DNA of 62,634 nucleotides, counting the filler, from Choristocarpus tenellus KU-1152 (Eukaryota > Protista > Phaeophyceae), in NCBI GenBank assembly GCA_964200185.2. It is 13 parts of 13 records of this genome, joined end to end, with 100 filler letters (N's around TTAATTAATTAA, not from the genome) between each part and the next. Parts side by side here need not be neighbours in the genome. Positions count along the whole stretch, not along the records: positions 46,757 to 49,813 come from CAXNAD020022628.1; positions 49,914 to 54,542 come from CAXNAD020013725.1; positions 54,643 to 59,945 come from CAXNAD020011221.1; positions 60,046 to 62,634 come from CAXNAD020026494.1; 9 more parts are not named here. One strand, given 5' to 3'. How positions within the stretch are numbered: position 1 is the first letter of the stretch; the number at the start of each line of letters is the position of its first letter. Below, in pieces: positions 47,638 through 60,529 of this stretch. Below the pieces are notes generated by a model, which searched no databases, was not told where the DNA came from, and was given only the letters and a program-made list of their open reading frames with translations. Position numbers and translations under genes: made by a program.

Positions 47638-49706
47638 GTAAGTACCTAACCAAGAAGTACCCGAGGGAGAACAAAAATGTGACCCCTTAGCACCCGAGCA
47701 TGAAAACCCAAGCGCGAGCAATCATGTGATTTATTCGAAGTGTGTGGAAGGACTATGTTGTTCGACTCTGAGAGCTTCAGTTAGTGTGCAAAATCTACAT
47801 TCGCCATGTTTCTCGTACTCGATACGACCTCGACTCCAGACTTCGTGGCAAACACCTGTTTCGGCGAAGGCAGGGTACAACACTAGAATTCCTGTTTGAC
47901 AACGGGTCGGTTTTTATGTCTGTTCCTCTGGCCTACTTTGCCTCGTGTGTGCGCGGAACAATCCATATATTAAGTACTGTTTCCTGTGTCACAAGTTTGC
48001 ACCAGTTTCTCAGGCAAACCTGGGGTCAAAATGCAGTTGCCAGCATTAGTTGTAGTGTAAGATAAGGTCACCCCAGCAGTCAGGATTGTGGATCCAGAAC
48101 CAATGTCAGGATAAGCACACCTGGTCAGTTCTGATCTCAGCTGAAGTTGTGGCTCGTTCTATGTTTCCCACAGTTAAGGGTCTTGATGTTAGGCTGAGTT
48201 CTGTGTGAGATGTATTCCGCCTTTTGTTATGCAGATGTTCCAGCATTTGATATGCTTGCTTTACCAGGCCATGGTACAACATAGTATCGTAAGGTTGTGT
48301 GTATAAGAAACCAGTTGGAGCTGGTTCAGATCGTTTCCTGATCACTTTTGTGAATGATCACAGGGTTAATATTGGTGGTTCATGGGGTGGATTGCCTCTT
48401 GAATTTTACGTAACATCCACCTCACTTACAACAGTGGTTTTATCCTAGTATGTGTCTTCTGTATGGAATTTTGATCTTGATGCTCAACTGGGTCCTGGGG
48501 TGGTATGACCATTGGGATTGACACTACTGTGCTATTCATAAGTGCACCACATATTTTTTGGATTGTTGGGTGAACTCTTGGTGAAAGGACTGTGCTCCTT
48601 TGTGGCCATCTAGTATTGCCTCATCTCGCCCAAATGTTGATAATAATCCCAGGTTGGAGTTCTTGGCAGCAAGGCTGACTATTGGTGGTGGTGCATCTGT
48701 ACCTCTCCAATTAGCACCTCATATATTGAACAAGAAAGTATGGTGTAGCCAACTCTATACATAGTATTGGATGCCTTGTTTGTTTTTCCCTCCTGCTACT
48801 GCCTAATGTATGTCAACTTGATCTCTACAAGAGAACAGAGAGAATGGAGGGTGTGCAAGGGAATGTGTGTATCAAGATAATATGATCTTTGTATGTGCTC
48901 TACTTTCTAATATTTGAACGCAGGTGGACTTTCCACTCTTGCATTGATTGCATTGGGTACTTTGATTCTTATAAGAGTATTCGGCGCAACTGGTTGATGG
49001 CTACACACTCTACTGCTCAGCATTCATGAAGTCATGTTTTGAAGGAAGGACTCTGAAGCAACATATGCAAGCAGTGGTACTTTGATTGTCAATGCCTTCT
49101 TCACAATTCAACATACAGCTTGTGGGGTTGAATTGCTGTATGTTGCTAGCCTGGTAGCTCCCGTGGGCTTTGTATGTCAAACTGAACAAATGTACAGCAA
49201 TGCACCACTTGAGGGTCCTCGTTGGGATTCTAAGTCTGGGTAGTAGATTCATGGTCTTGCCTCTGGGGATGAGGTATAGACTCTTTGCTTTGGTCATATG
49301 ATGCTGTGCTGATTGAGAAGTGCGAGTTGCTGCTCAGATTGGTGGTGGGGTTACCTCTTGGTGGGGTTACCTCTTGTTGAGCTGTCATTGGGGGTGATGG
49401 TCTCAGGGAGTATAGGGGTGCTTGCTCTCGTAATGATAATAGGGGATGGTAATGCAGCGACACATACTACCTCTGTCCTAACACTCCAGTAATATGGATT
49501 TGGTGCTGCTCCTATTCATTGTGTAGGCCCACTTAAGCTAGCTTTCCTTCCATTATGAGGGTAAATATACAATGTCGACTGAAGCAGATGTTTCAATTTT
49601 CTATTTGCTGGATGTGGATCCATGTCGCCACTGGCAGATAGCACGTTTTGCTTAGTAAATTTGTACTGTATCTGTGATGCTTTTGATGGATCACAATTTG
49701 AAGTAT

Positions 49707-49813
49707 GGGTCAAAGTATCTGGGGGGGGGGATGGTTTGTGAGGGGGCGTCTGTTTTGGTCAAACATTTTTTTTTTTCTGAAATTTCAAATCTGACACGTG
49801 CGATCAAATCACT
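49707..49813 (+). mobile_element. MITE family B-like left end at contig end
   Basis: GGGTCAAAGTATCT(G)n ... ATCTGACACGTGCGATCAAATCAC. Confidence 0.65.
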
Positions 49814-51110
49814 NNNNNNNNNNNNNNNNNNNNNNNNNNNNNNNNNNNNNNNNNNNNTTAATTAATTAANNNNNNNNNNNNNNNNNNNNNNNNNNNNNNN
49901 NNNNNNNNNNNNNCAACGTACTCTACTGCTGTATGGTAGCATGACTGAGGAAGAAAGGCACTTTTCGCGAGACATTTTTACGGGCGCGCCAAACTCACTT
50001 GAGTATCTCTGGGAATTTGTGCCAAGTCACGAGAATTCCGGTACAAAAGCCTATTTTTTTTAGCATGTAGAAAACATCGGTACCAAATAGGGGTTTGGTA
50101 CATACTATTTTGCACAAAATTGGGGTAGGTACTGTATTACCTTTACTGTTACTGCTCTATTTTTCTTCGTCCCAACTCTGGTCGTCGATCTTTTGGGAAC
50201 TGGAGGAAAAAGTATGGAGAACAAGAGCATGGTGGTTGCATGCAATAAGATTGTGAAGCATCAACTTTGACGAAGAAGAAACATTTCAGAGTAGTAGAAG
50301 TTATATCACCTTGCTAACTTTGATGCAACAAGCGAACATCCTCTCAGTAGCAAAATAGTAAGAACGGTCAGCTTTGCTTCCTTGAAGCATTAAACACCGA
50401 CTCCTCCTTTGTTTCACGACATCACATCCACTATTTCAGAGGTGGGACAGGAACTCTCCTTCTCAATTGCAGGAGCTTGATATTGACCATTCTTCGCAAC
50501 TCGGTGGGAGGTGGGGAGTTCCGGATTACCTCACCACATCTAGAAGCTGGTATTCTTGAGTGTGAACCTCATTGATCATGTACCAACAACCAGGCAGTAA
50601 TATTCCCCAGGTGGCATACTTAGCGTGGAACGAGAGGAGAACTCACCTATTTTTATCGAAGAACGGTCCACGCGCACTCCTTCCATGCATTGGATATCTT
50701 TGGCGTCCATAACGTTCGGCCCCTCGTCCACTACTGTCCTTCTTCACCCCAGAAACTTCCACTTCAAATAGGTAGTTGGGTGCTCCAACATTTTTGTAGG
50801 AGATCTTTGATATCGACAACTTTGTCAACTTGACTATCGCCTAACGTCAAGCTCGCAAGGTCAATATCGTTCATGGTTGGATGGAATCGAGACCAGTTGA
50901 GCTCCTAAACAAGTACACTATGTAAAGCGTAAAGTCTAGCGAAGTCAATTGTAGTACAGAACAGGGGTTGTTCTGGGAGGATACTCGCTTCCAAAATCTC
51001 CTCTCCACCTTCCAAATGCCACAAATTTCTTACTACGTATTGCCATCTTACTCACCCTTATATCCTTGCTCTCTTCGCCCCCCTGCAACATTCGACATTG
51101 CCATGGTCAG

Positions 51111-54110
51111 ACTGCAGTGATTGCTACGTCTGCTACTGAAGCACCCCAATCGGCCATGGATAAATCCGGGGTGAGAGAAAGCGAGGTGGATTCGGAGAAT
51201 CCAAGCACCACCACGTACTTCAAGAAATATCTACAGGCTAGGGAAATAGACACACCTTGGATCGCACCCATCCACACTGAGGGACCATCCTTCGATGAGG
51301 TGTGGGATATCCTTGTTTGGTCAATCTTAGATGCGTAGGTTTGATGTACGTTTATGATAGGACACCCGAGGCTGAAAAGAACGCCCATAGCCGAGTTGGT
51401 CTCAACTGTCTGAGCTGCAGGTGTCCTTGGGAAGGGAAGGGATTGCGCCTCAAACAGAGGTCTATGCCAGGAGGTAATAGCCAAGTTGTGCATCTATCCT
51501 ATTCGAGCTCAACTCCCACACGCGTACGTTTCAAAGCAAAGACACACACACAAGCACAAACATACTCCGGAGTATGACCCGTAATTTGATGCAACACCCA
51601 CATGCCATGTATATCCTGAGTAAACCCTTTCAGCTGCAAGTGCGTAGCGCTGGGGATCAATTAGTACTGTCCTTAACGCATACTGACACATTCCCAGATT
51701 GTGCTTGCTCCAAGGAAAACGATAAGATAGATACGGAGTCAGCGTGGTGTTGACTCTGGTCGTATGTCGTATGATCTTGTTTGTGTTGATTTATAAAATT
51801 GTTGAACGTCCTTCACAGGTGTACAAAGTGCACGAGCAGATCGGCCAGGGTGGCTACGGGACCGTCTGGCGGTGAGCACAAGGCGGGGTGGGAGGGTGAA
51901 CTGAATCGTGTTCCATGCTTACACTTGTTTTTTTTGTGTGAGTTTTGTGTGTGTGTGATAGTTATGTTTGCGTATATGTTCAAGACAAATCAATCAAGGG
52001 TTAGGTACGTTTTGTACCCTTTTGCATTCTAACCAATATTTCTTGCCCTGCGCAATGCACACTAGTTGAATTGCTTGATGCGCAAAACAATGTATGCAAA
52101 ACTGATATTCCGCCTTTCCGCATGTAATGTAACACCACAGTTCGGCAAAGGCTCTTTCTTCAATTGCACACAATGGCACATTTCTTCCCTTTGTCAGGGT
52201 CCTTGAAATATAACCATGCCTACCTCTCAGTTGGTTTGACTCTTGTGTTCATCATGCATTGGTAACATTTTGTCCTGATTTTTTTCATTTCTTTAGTGAT
52301 TTGTAGACAGGAAAAAAAAAAAACGTAATGAAGGGCTTTTCTGAAACAGCTATCGAGATTGGGGGGGGATGGGGATGGTGCAGAATGAATGAATTTGGTT
52401 GGCAGAATGTGGCATATGACTTACTCTGTTGGTTGGAATGTTTTTTGTGTCATGCCCCCTTCCTTCTCAAATCTTGGCATGGGTTGTATTTTTTTTTTTC
52501 AATTCTGGTATATCTACCTTTTGTCTAGAGTACATTGCGCCTACTGTTCTGTACATTCAGATAACAGACGCCTCTTAGGTGTTTACCGATGTAGCTGTCG
52601 CCAGAAGCAAAGCTGTGCTTAGTAGCTCTAACTGCAGTGTGAACAGTATATAATGTTAAAAGAAAAAAAAAGAGTGATCCTCTATACTAGTGTCCAGTAG
52701 CTCTAATTGTAGTGTGAACAGTATATAATGGTAAAAGAAAAAAAAAGAGTGATCCTCTATACTAGTGTCCACCATGGATGGATCACTGATGTGGTATCCA
52801 CATGTTGTAACTTAGAACCTGTGCAGCAAGTGGTTCTAGCATCTAATATGTATCCTATATATGTTTGTGTTCTGAGTCTGTCTTAATGTGTATGTATAAG
52901 CGCGCAGACAGTGAGATTTGAAGTACTATAGAGTGAAACCATCTGATAAGGGGGTCAGTTTTGACCCTTACTGAGTTTAGTAAGGAAATTTTTAACCTTG
53001 TGCAATATATACCAATCCGGTCCCTTAAGGGCAGGTGTCCTTGCTTAGGAGACTATGATTGCAGAAAAATCAGCTGCGAACACGTTATTAGCTGAAAGCA
53101 GCCCTTCACAGTGCTAAAAAAATACATACTCCATAGGCAGTCAGCCACAGGGTTCCTTAAGACTCGATGACACCTCCCCCACATACGGTATTACCCAGAA
53201 CAAGGTGCTACTACTCCATTTGTTAGTACACTGGACAGGAGTGTCGTGTGAGTGTATCTAATTGAATGTGTTCGTTTTTAAGAAATTGCATTGAATGTAC
53301 CACAAGCGGTATCGTAGTGGGACTATTATGGCGTGGTACAGGGTAGTCTGAACTTGAGAGGATTCCAGTCCCTCACAGTGGAGACTTGGCTTTCAGCTCG
53401 TGTGTTGATGTGTGTCTATCCTTAACCTTCTTCACCTCAAGCACCCCACAGTTTCGGAAGCCCATCTAACGTTGTGATACCTCTGGCGACCTACAGCTCA
53501 GACCATAGACTTTGAACATAAAAACCCCCCTGGGCCGGGCCCTTCACTTCACTTCCATAAAGGTGCACACATCGTGATTCAGGGATGGAGATTGCCACCA
53601 AGATCATAGACCTGGATGAGCTTGCAACGATGAAGAAGCTGTTTCCCCGCATGATTGAGGTGTGAGGTAGCATACACACACACACACGCACACACACACA
53701 CACACACATCTACCCACCCAAATTCATGCTCATCCATATGCACCTGTGCACGCCCCAGAAACAACTTATTTAGTACAATTGTAGGGTTACTTCTGGCACA
53801 AAGGCAAAATACCAGAATCTCTGTCTCCTCACATGAGGCCTCCTCTGCCCCTCTGTTTATCCTTCTGTTCCACAATATTTGTAGCTGGTCATTGCCTCTC
53901 TTAAAATGCTATCGGGATTTATCGTTCAATTTCCATGCCGTCCTTACACTGATGGGGCACACATAACCCATGTATGCATGCACACACACACAATTGTGTT
54001 TGCAGAGAGAGCTGGAGCTCACGCGGGATTGCCAACACCCGTGTGTCGTACAAATGGTGGAGGTTTTTGATAGGAGGGAGAGAGGTGGGCATGGCGGAAA
54101 ACTTCACTTG
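51111..54110 (+). CDS. Ser/Thr protein kinase (CAMK-like), N-lobe only, partial
   Basis: Exons ~51111-51299, 51819-51871, 53563-53659, 54006-54110: PSFDE|VYKVHEQIGQGGYGTVWR|CTHRDSGMEIATKIID...IE|RELELTRDCQHPCVVQMVEVF...KLHL. Confidence 0.9.
51982..52242 (+). mobile_element. MITE family D, intronic
   Basis: Right TIR TGCCTACCTCTCAGTTGGTTTGACTC; interior similar to 3461-3719. Confidence 0.75.
52621..52770. repeat. 75-bp direct tandem duplication
   Basis: 52621-52695 is nearly identical to 52696-52770. Confidence 0.95.
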
Positions 54111-54723
54111 GTGAGATTTTTTTTTTTTGGTAGTTTTATATCTCACTCTCGCAGCCGTTTATCGGAGATGTGCAGTTCTGTGTCAGATGGCAACCCCTGC
54201 GAGGTGACACCGGCTCTATCGGGACTGGATCGGAGATGTACTTCTTCTTCTTCTTCTTCTTCTTCTCTTTTTTTTTTCCTTTTTGTTGGTGATTTTTTCG
54301 TTTGTCTAGGAGATGAATGCGCTATTTTTGTTTTCAGAGGAGTGCAAGTGTGTGCACTAATGCGATGTGGAGGATCTCTCTACGCTTGTGCTATTCTTCT
54401 TTTGGTGCATGTTGTTCAATGTTTCCATTTTTACTTCAACAGCAAAGGCAGTGCAATAGCCGCGACGCACGTGTGGGTGAACCGCCGTGTATGGAGTATT
54501 GCAAGCATCCAGATTTCTTCACATCCCCCCCCCCCCCTGTTCNNNNNNNNNNNNNNNNNNNNNNNNNNNNNNNNNNNNNNNNNNNNTTAATTAATTAANN
54601 NNNNNNNNNNNNNNNNNNNNNNNNNNNNNNNNNNNNNNNNNNTTTTTTGGTGTTTTTTTTTTTTTTTTTTTTTTCCCTCCCCCCCCCCCCCTTCCCCCCT
54701 TTTTTTTTTTTTTTTTTTTCCCT

Positions 54724-54754
<31 letters not shown>

Positions 54755-54792
54755 CTTGCTTTTTTGTTGTTGTCTTGGTTTTGTTTGTGCAG

Positions 54793-57700
54793 GCCATGCC
54801 CTTGCTGGAGCGGGAGGCCAAATTGCATCTGATCAAATATGAGCAGGTAAGAATTTGTGTACTGCAGAGTTACCGCTACTTGTACGCCATTATGTTTTTT
54901 TTAATATGTATTTTTTTATATGTATTTTTTGTCTTAACTGCATAATGCATAAATTCATATATATATAAATATAAATACATACATACAATACGTATATACA
55001 ATACATACATACAGTACATACATACGTACACACATGTATTCTTGTGTTCATGTTTATATTTGTAGGTGGGTTTTGTACGAGGCTTCGAGGCGGTTTGTGA
55101 CCAGCGCCGGGTTGACGTCCGGAAGGCTGTCGACTACCCAGAGCTAGACAGGATAGGTGGTAGGACAGAGGATGAAGCGTATATACAGGGTCACAAAATA
55201 TTGAGGTATGTGTGGAGGTGATTCTGTATACTTAATACCTGGGAGGCTTTTATTGTCAAGGTAGTTCTTCTGTGCATGAGGTGTATATCCTAAATTAATA
55301 AAAAAATATGTGTAATTTCCTCTTCCAAACAATGAGTCGATGGTGTGTGGTTTTATCTATTTTATCTATTTTATCTATTTCTAGTCGATGGAACCAAGGG
55401 GGAAGGGGGAGGTTTGTTTATTTATTTATTTTTATAGGGATGACCAGTGAAAGAAAAAGAGAACAATTCACTCCTCAGCTGTGTTAACCTTTTTATTTCA
55501 CATACCGTGTGCTCCAAGAACATCTGGGGACCCTTCAAACATCTCTGTTCTTTTGACTCAAGATCTAAAGTAATCCTCCACTTTCGAGCTTATAGAGCCA
55601 ATTCCATGACTCTCTAGTGGACATTCTCAAGTAGATTCAAAGTCTTCTACATGGAATGTTGTAAAAAAAAAGTCCCTACTCCTCAGGCAACCTCAGGCAT
55701 CAGGGTCTGTGGATGTGCACTATGCTGAGGCCCTTCGTTGTAAAGATGCCCTGGATGTGTTGGTTGAGACTGTGGCAGATGAGACAGGCGGGATGTGGGT
55801 TATACCTGTAGAAATTGCATCTAAGGCAAGTGAAATATTTTCCTTTGATACTTCTCTTTTGAATATATACAGATTCTTTTTTGTATTTAATTTAAATGAT
55901 AAATTCTTTTGAAATTTTAAGTTTGTTGCGCTGTAGTTACTTGATGTGTTGAATGTATATTATTATATTTTTCTTTTACAATATATATGAATACTTTTTG
56001 TATTGAATTTAAATTATATGTTCTTTTGAAGTATAAAGTGTTATTTTGTTTAATTTTTTTTTACTTATAAAATATATATTTTTATTCTTCTCTTTTGAAT
56101 TATATTTTTAATTTTGTTCCCTTTTTAAAAAAAATCTGTTTTTGAAATGATCTAGAATTTTTGTATTTTTTTTTAACATTTTTTATTTTTTCCAATATTT
56201 CTCTTCTGCAAAATATATTTATGCTTCTTTGTTGAATTTATATGAAACAATGTTTCTCTTTTTTGAATATCTGTTCTTCAAAATGTATAGTTTTTATATT
56301 GAATATGTATGATGTATTCTTTCTCTTCTTTTTTAACATTTCTTTTTAAAAATACATTGCTTTCTTTGTCTTGAATCTATTTTACATGTTCGTTTTTTTC
56401 TTTATCAAAATGTTTTAAAATTAAAAAACAAAACATGCTCTTTTGTTTTGAATTAATAATTTGATGAACCCTATTCAGACGGCAAGCAATTGTTGTTCCT
56501 CGCGGCAGAGTGCATATATTTTCTTGAATTTTTTATTTTATTTTGGAGTTTTGTGTTCTTAAGAAAATCTGTAAAAAAAATAAATATTTGATTTATCGTC
56601 ATCAATGGGAAAAGAGACATCAACATGAAGCAAATAAGGGGACAGGACTAATTATTGATATAATAGACCCACCTGACTCCATAGTTACATAGCTACCAGG
56701 GTTTAAAAAATATATTTTCTCAGTATGTCCTTCCTCTCTCTGCGTTTGGATTCTGTGTGTGTATGTTCTGTATGTGTGTGTTTATTGGTGCAGGAGAATA
56801 TCAAGGTCAAGGCGGCTCAGGACTACAATGGAGACATTAGGAGGTGAGTGTTGAGGAAAGGAATTGCATCTTGGTGGCCAGTGTTGCTATATTTTCTAAC
56901 TGCCCCCAAGAGAAAAATGTTTTCAGATTTCAATTTTTTTTTGTCTTTCTTTTTTGTTTTATTTTTGACCTCTCCATTGTTTTCTTTTGATGCGAGATGT
57001 TTCTTGACTCTTTTTTTTGTTTAGTTTGTATATTATGTAGATGGCGTGTTTGTATGTTGCTTTTTTTTTTCTTCTTAATGTTGTGGACTGTTGTTTTTTT
57101 GTCTTGATGAAGTTTTGTGAGATTTGTAAAGTAGTGTAATGTCAGTCGCTGTATATTTGTATCTATTTGTTCAAAATTATTTTATTTTTCATGTTTCGTA
57201 TGTAACTTACTGATACAGTCAAACCCGGAAAGCATAGTTCAGTTTAGGAGAATTTTTTTTTAGTCTTTTACATTTTTCTGGAATGTTGATCCTTCTTCCC
57301 TCATTTCTAGATCGTCTTCATAGGGATATAGCCTATCAGAAGGGATACACACACTCTGTTGTCTGATTATTGTTGCACTCCAAGTATTGCCTTCTATTTA
57401 GTATACCACAATGGTTTTCTCTTGGTTAGGGTTAGGGTTTGTTACGGGTAATGTAGATAAATGTTATGTAGTTGGTTGTGACAGGAAGGCGTTCGTTGCA
57501 TCTGTTTGGTTCTCTTGTATGTTCTTTGCCCCCGATGACATCAGCATCTGCAACACATCAGTTAAAAAAAGTATTTCAGACATTGTGGTAATTTTATGTC
57601 CAAGTACAAACTATCGTGTCTCCTTTTTTTGTTATTTTTTTGTTTTTTTATTTTATTATAAAAGAAAGAAAGAAATGTGTGTATCGTTTTGACATCCAAG

Positions 57701-59015
57701 ACTTCGTTTAATCCATTTCCTGGTTATTGCTCTAACACACACCCAACCATGTTGATTGAAAATTTTGTGTACAGGGTGGTGGAAATATGCCAAATAATTG
57801 TTGTTTGTGAAAGTCCCATTGGTGTGGGAATGTTGTATGACCGTCTCCTCTCACACCCAGAGGTGAGTGAGTTGTATTATATGTTGCTGTCAAATGGATG
57901 GATTCTATTGGTGGAACACGGTGTGTAGGTAATGTCCATTGGGTGAATTTTTTGTTTAAGCTAATCCATTGGCTGAATGCGACACGCGCGCAATTTTATT
58001 GGCTGAATTTCTTGTGTACTCAACAGTACAGGTGGAAGTGTTGGTGTAGAGTAGGCAGTGTACGGGCGGCCTATGTGAATCTTGACCAGTGACATCACAC
58101 CGGGCTAGAAAATATTGGAAAGATGTACAAGGAAATTTCTTGAGGAAATATGTTTGGTTTATCTTCCGGCCCTTATCCTTCCTGCCCCTATGCCAACTGC
58201 AGATTGGAGTGTGGAATTGTTTCTGCATTGGAGTTTATCGATAATGAACCCGAAAGAGTGGACTGTCAAAGCCGCTAGGTGTAGCAAAAGTTGAATTAAT
58301 ACGAAGTTTTTTTAATGTGCAGGCTGAGAAGTGCTTGAAAAGTACGATCAGATGAACTGTTGGTACATGAGGGTGCAGGCCAAGGATCTCTTCGAAGTAT
58401 GATCAGTTTAACTATAGCTAACTAGTAAATGCAGTGGAGTGTAAGGTAACAGGTACTTCGAAGTATGGTATGATGAAGTATTAGCGAAAGGGAGTTAGGG
58501 TTAGGGAGTGCTTGAAAGGACAAGATTAACTATTATAGGAGTACAACCTAAGATGTTCTTGGAAGTACTATAATTTGGTACCGATGTGGAGATAGTATCC
58601 ATGAATCTATATAAAAACAAGGTCGGGCCGGTTAGGCCCAGGCCACCTTGTGATCTTGTTTGTTGTTGGTGATCTTTGTTCACCCCTCAAACAGCATGAA
58701 TGCGTACATACATACATACATACATACATACATACATACATACATACATACATACATACATACATACATACATACATACATACATACATACATACATACA
58801 CATACAGACATACAGACATACATACGTACACACATACATATATATATATAAATATATGTTTTTATTTTTTATCTGTTTTGTTTGACAAGGTAAAATCCAT
58901 TGTGAGAGTGATAAATGGGTTCAAAGTCATCAAAGGAGGGAAGGTTGGGGTGGGTGAGGGCTCCAGCAACATCAAGATTTATGTGGAGCTTTGGACTGTG
59001 CCACACATCGCTGAG
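54793..59015 (+). CDS. Multi-exon protein with a degenerate RelA/SpoT-like (nucleotidyltransferase-fold) domain, partial at both ends
   Basis: Exons 54793-54846, 55066-55205, 55687-55825 (GC donor), 56794-56843, 57775-57862, 58890-59015, all phase-consistent: ..ILRQPQ..DVHYAEA..IASK|ENIKVKAAQDYNGDIR|RVVEICQIIVVC..LLSHPE|VKSIVRVINGF..GSSNIKIYVEL..HIAE. Confidence 0.72.
57250..57560 (-). pseudogene. Possible non-LTR reverse transcriptase relic in an intron
   Basis: KQ....LHNIYL (QG..LSP.LFNIY-like) followed by YEDDL (YADD-like); very decayed. Confidence 0.3.
58705..58850. repeat. (TACA)n microsatellite
   Basis: More than 20 perfect TACA units, then degenerate. Confidence 0.97.
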
Positions 59016-59835
59016 GTGATGAGAGGGAGTGAGCGGGCTTCTATTTTATTTTTGTTTTACAATGATTGTATGTGGAGTTATTTTTTTTTTCTGTTGTCTT
59101 ATGTTACGGTTAGATTTGTGTGCAGTGTTATGTTATGTTTTTATTGTGTTTTGTTATGTTACATTGTATTTGTGCTGTGTCATGCTATGTTGGATTGTGT
59201 TTAGAGTGTGTTACGATTTAGCTGTGTTCTGTTCTGTTGGTTCATGTTCGTTTTGCTGTTGTTATTATTGTTATTATTATTGTTATTATTATTATTGTTA
59301 TTATTATTGTTACTTCATGTTCTGAGTCAAAAGTAGAGGAGAGGTTGTGTTGGAGATACGGGGTCTCTGCAACTGCCTTCTAATTTTGATATCAAGTGCA
59401 GTATCATGTATTCAGGAAAAACAATTTCCTTGATCAGGACATCTTCCACATGTAGAGACTCCTGATGTGGGTTTCCTGCATTTGGGACATGGAAATGGTT
59501 ACTCAGGTAGCACATTTACTAGCCTGTTGTCAACAAAACAGCCAAGATCCTTCCCACTCTAGGCTACTTAGACTGTCTGGATTGTGTGTAATGTTTGCGT
59601 TATATATACATATATATGTATGTATATATTGGTTATGTTAACGTTTGGAATTGTTGACTATGCTTGTGACAGGTATTGTTGTGTCGTGTATCTTTTTTTG
59701 TCCAATTGTAATAGATATATTCACTGATAAATGTTGTGTACCTTTTTTTGCAATTATGGTATATAAATTAATGTGGTGTACCTTTTTGTGCAATTATAGA
59801 ATATAATAAGAAATAATACGGTGCAACCTTTTATG

Positions 59836-59945
59836 AATTGTAGGTTATGTACATCTTTGGTATTGTACAATTGTAGGTTATGTACATCTTTGGTATTGTA
59901 CAATTGTAGGTTATGTACATCTTTGGTATTGTACAATTGTAGGTT
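59836..59945. repeat. 33-bp minisatellite, at least 3.3 copies, runs into gap
   Basis: Unit TGTAGGTTATGTACATCTTTGGTATTGTACAAT. Confidence 0.95.
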
Positions 59946-60529
59946 NNNNNNNNNNNNNNNNNNNNNNNNNNNNNNNNNNNNNNNNNNNNTTAATTAATTA
60001 ANNNNNNNNNNNNNNNNNNNNNNNNNNNNNNNNNNNNNNNNNNNNATGTATGCCCTGCGTTGGATTGCTTGCTTGAATAATTAGTGCGGTCGGTGGAGTC
60101 GTTTGACTGTTATGGTGGAGGTGGTAGAAAAAAATAGTACTTCTAAGTAGTTTTTTTTCGGAGCGGCATTTCATCGTCGTTATGGATGGTTGACTGACTG
60201 AGAAGAAGAAGTGTTATATTCCCATATCATTGTTTATCAATTATTGCTATCATCGCCAAGTAGAAGAAGAAGCTACCACTGAGCACATATAAGTATTGAC
60301 ATTATATGATGATGAACCTCTTTTTACGAATATCTCATTCGTGCCTGAGATATCGTTTGTTGCAATCTGCCCCCCCCCCCCACCCTGTCAGATACACCGA
60401 TCTACATTTATCTATTTTCTCGGGCAAGTTGTTGGACTTGTCGTGGTGTTTTTGGGCAACAGGCGGTCTTGGGCAGTGAGAAGGTCTAGGAGTGATGAGA
60501 TTCGAAGCCGGGCGTATGAACGATGTTTG

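Noticed and set aside
44600-49500. LINE ORF1/endonuclease relics at ~44600-46540 and ~48000-49500 (minus)
   Set aside because: Composition is suggestive but motifs are too decayed to support a call by eye.
54642-54760. Poly-G/C/T tracts and poly-Pro/Gly/Lys ORFs near contig ends
   Set aside because: Low-complexity, probably error-prone read ends.
51111-59015. Kinase fused to the RelA/SpoT-like domain as one gene
   Set aside because: Separated by an artificial linker at 54543-54642; contig adjacency is not evidence of linkage, and the kinase C-lobe is missing.
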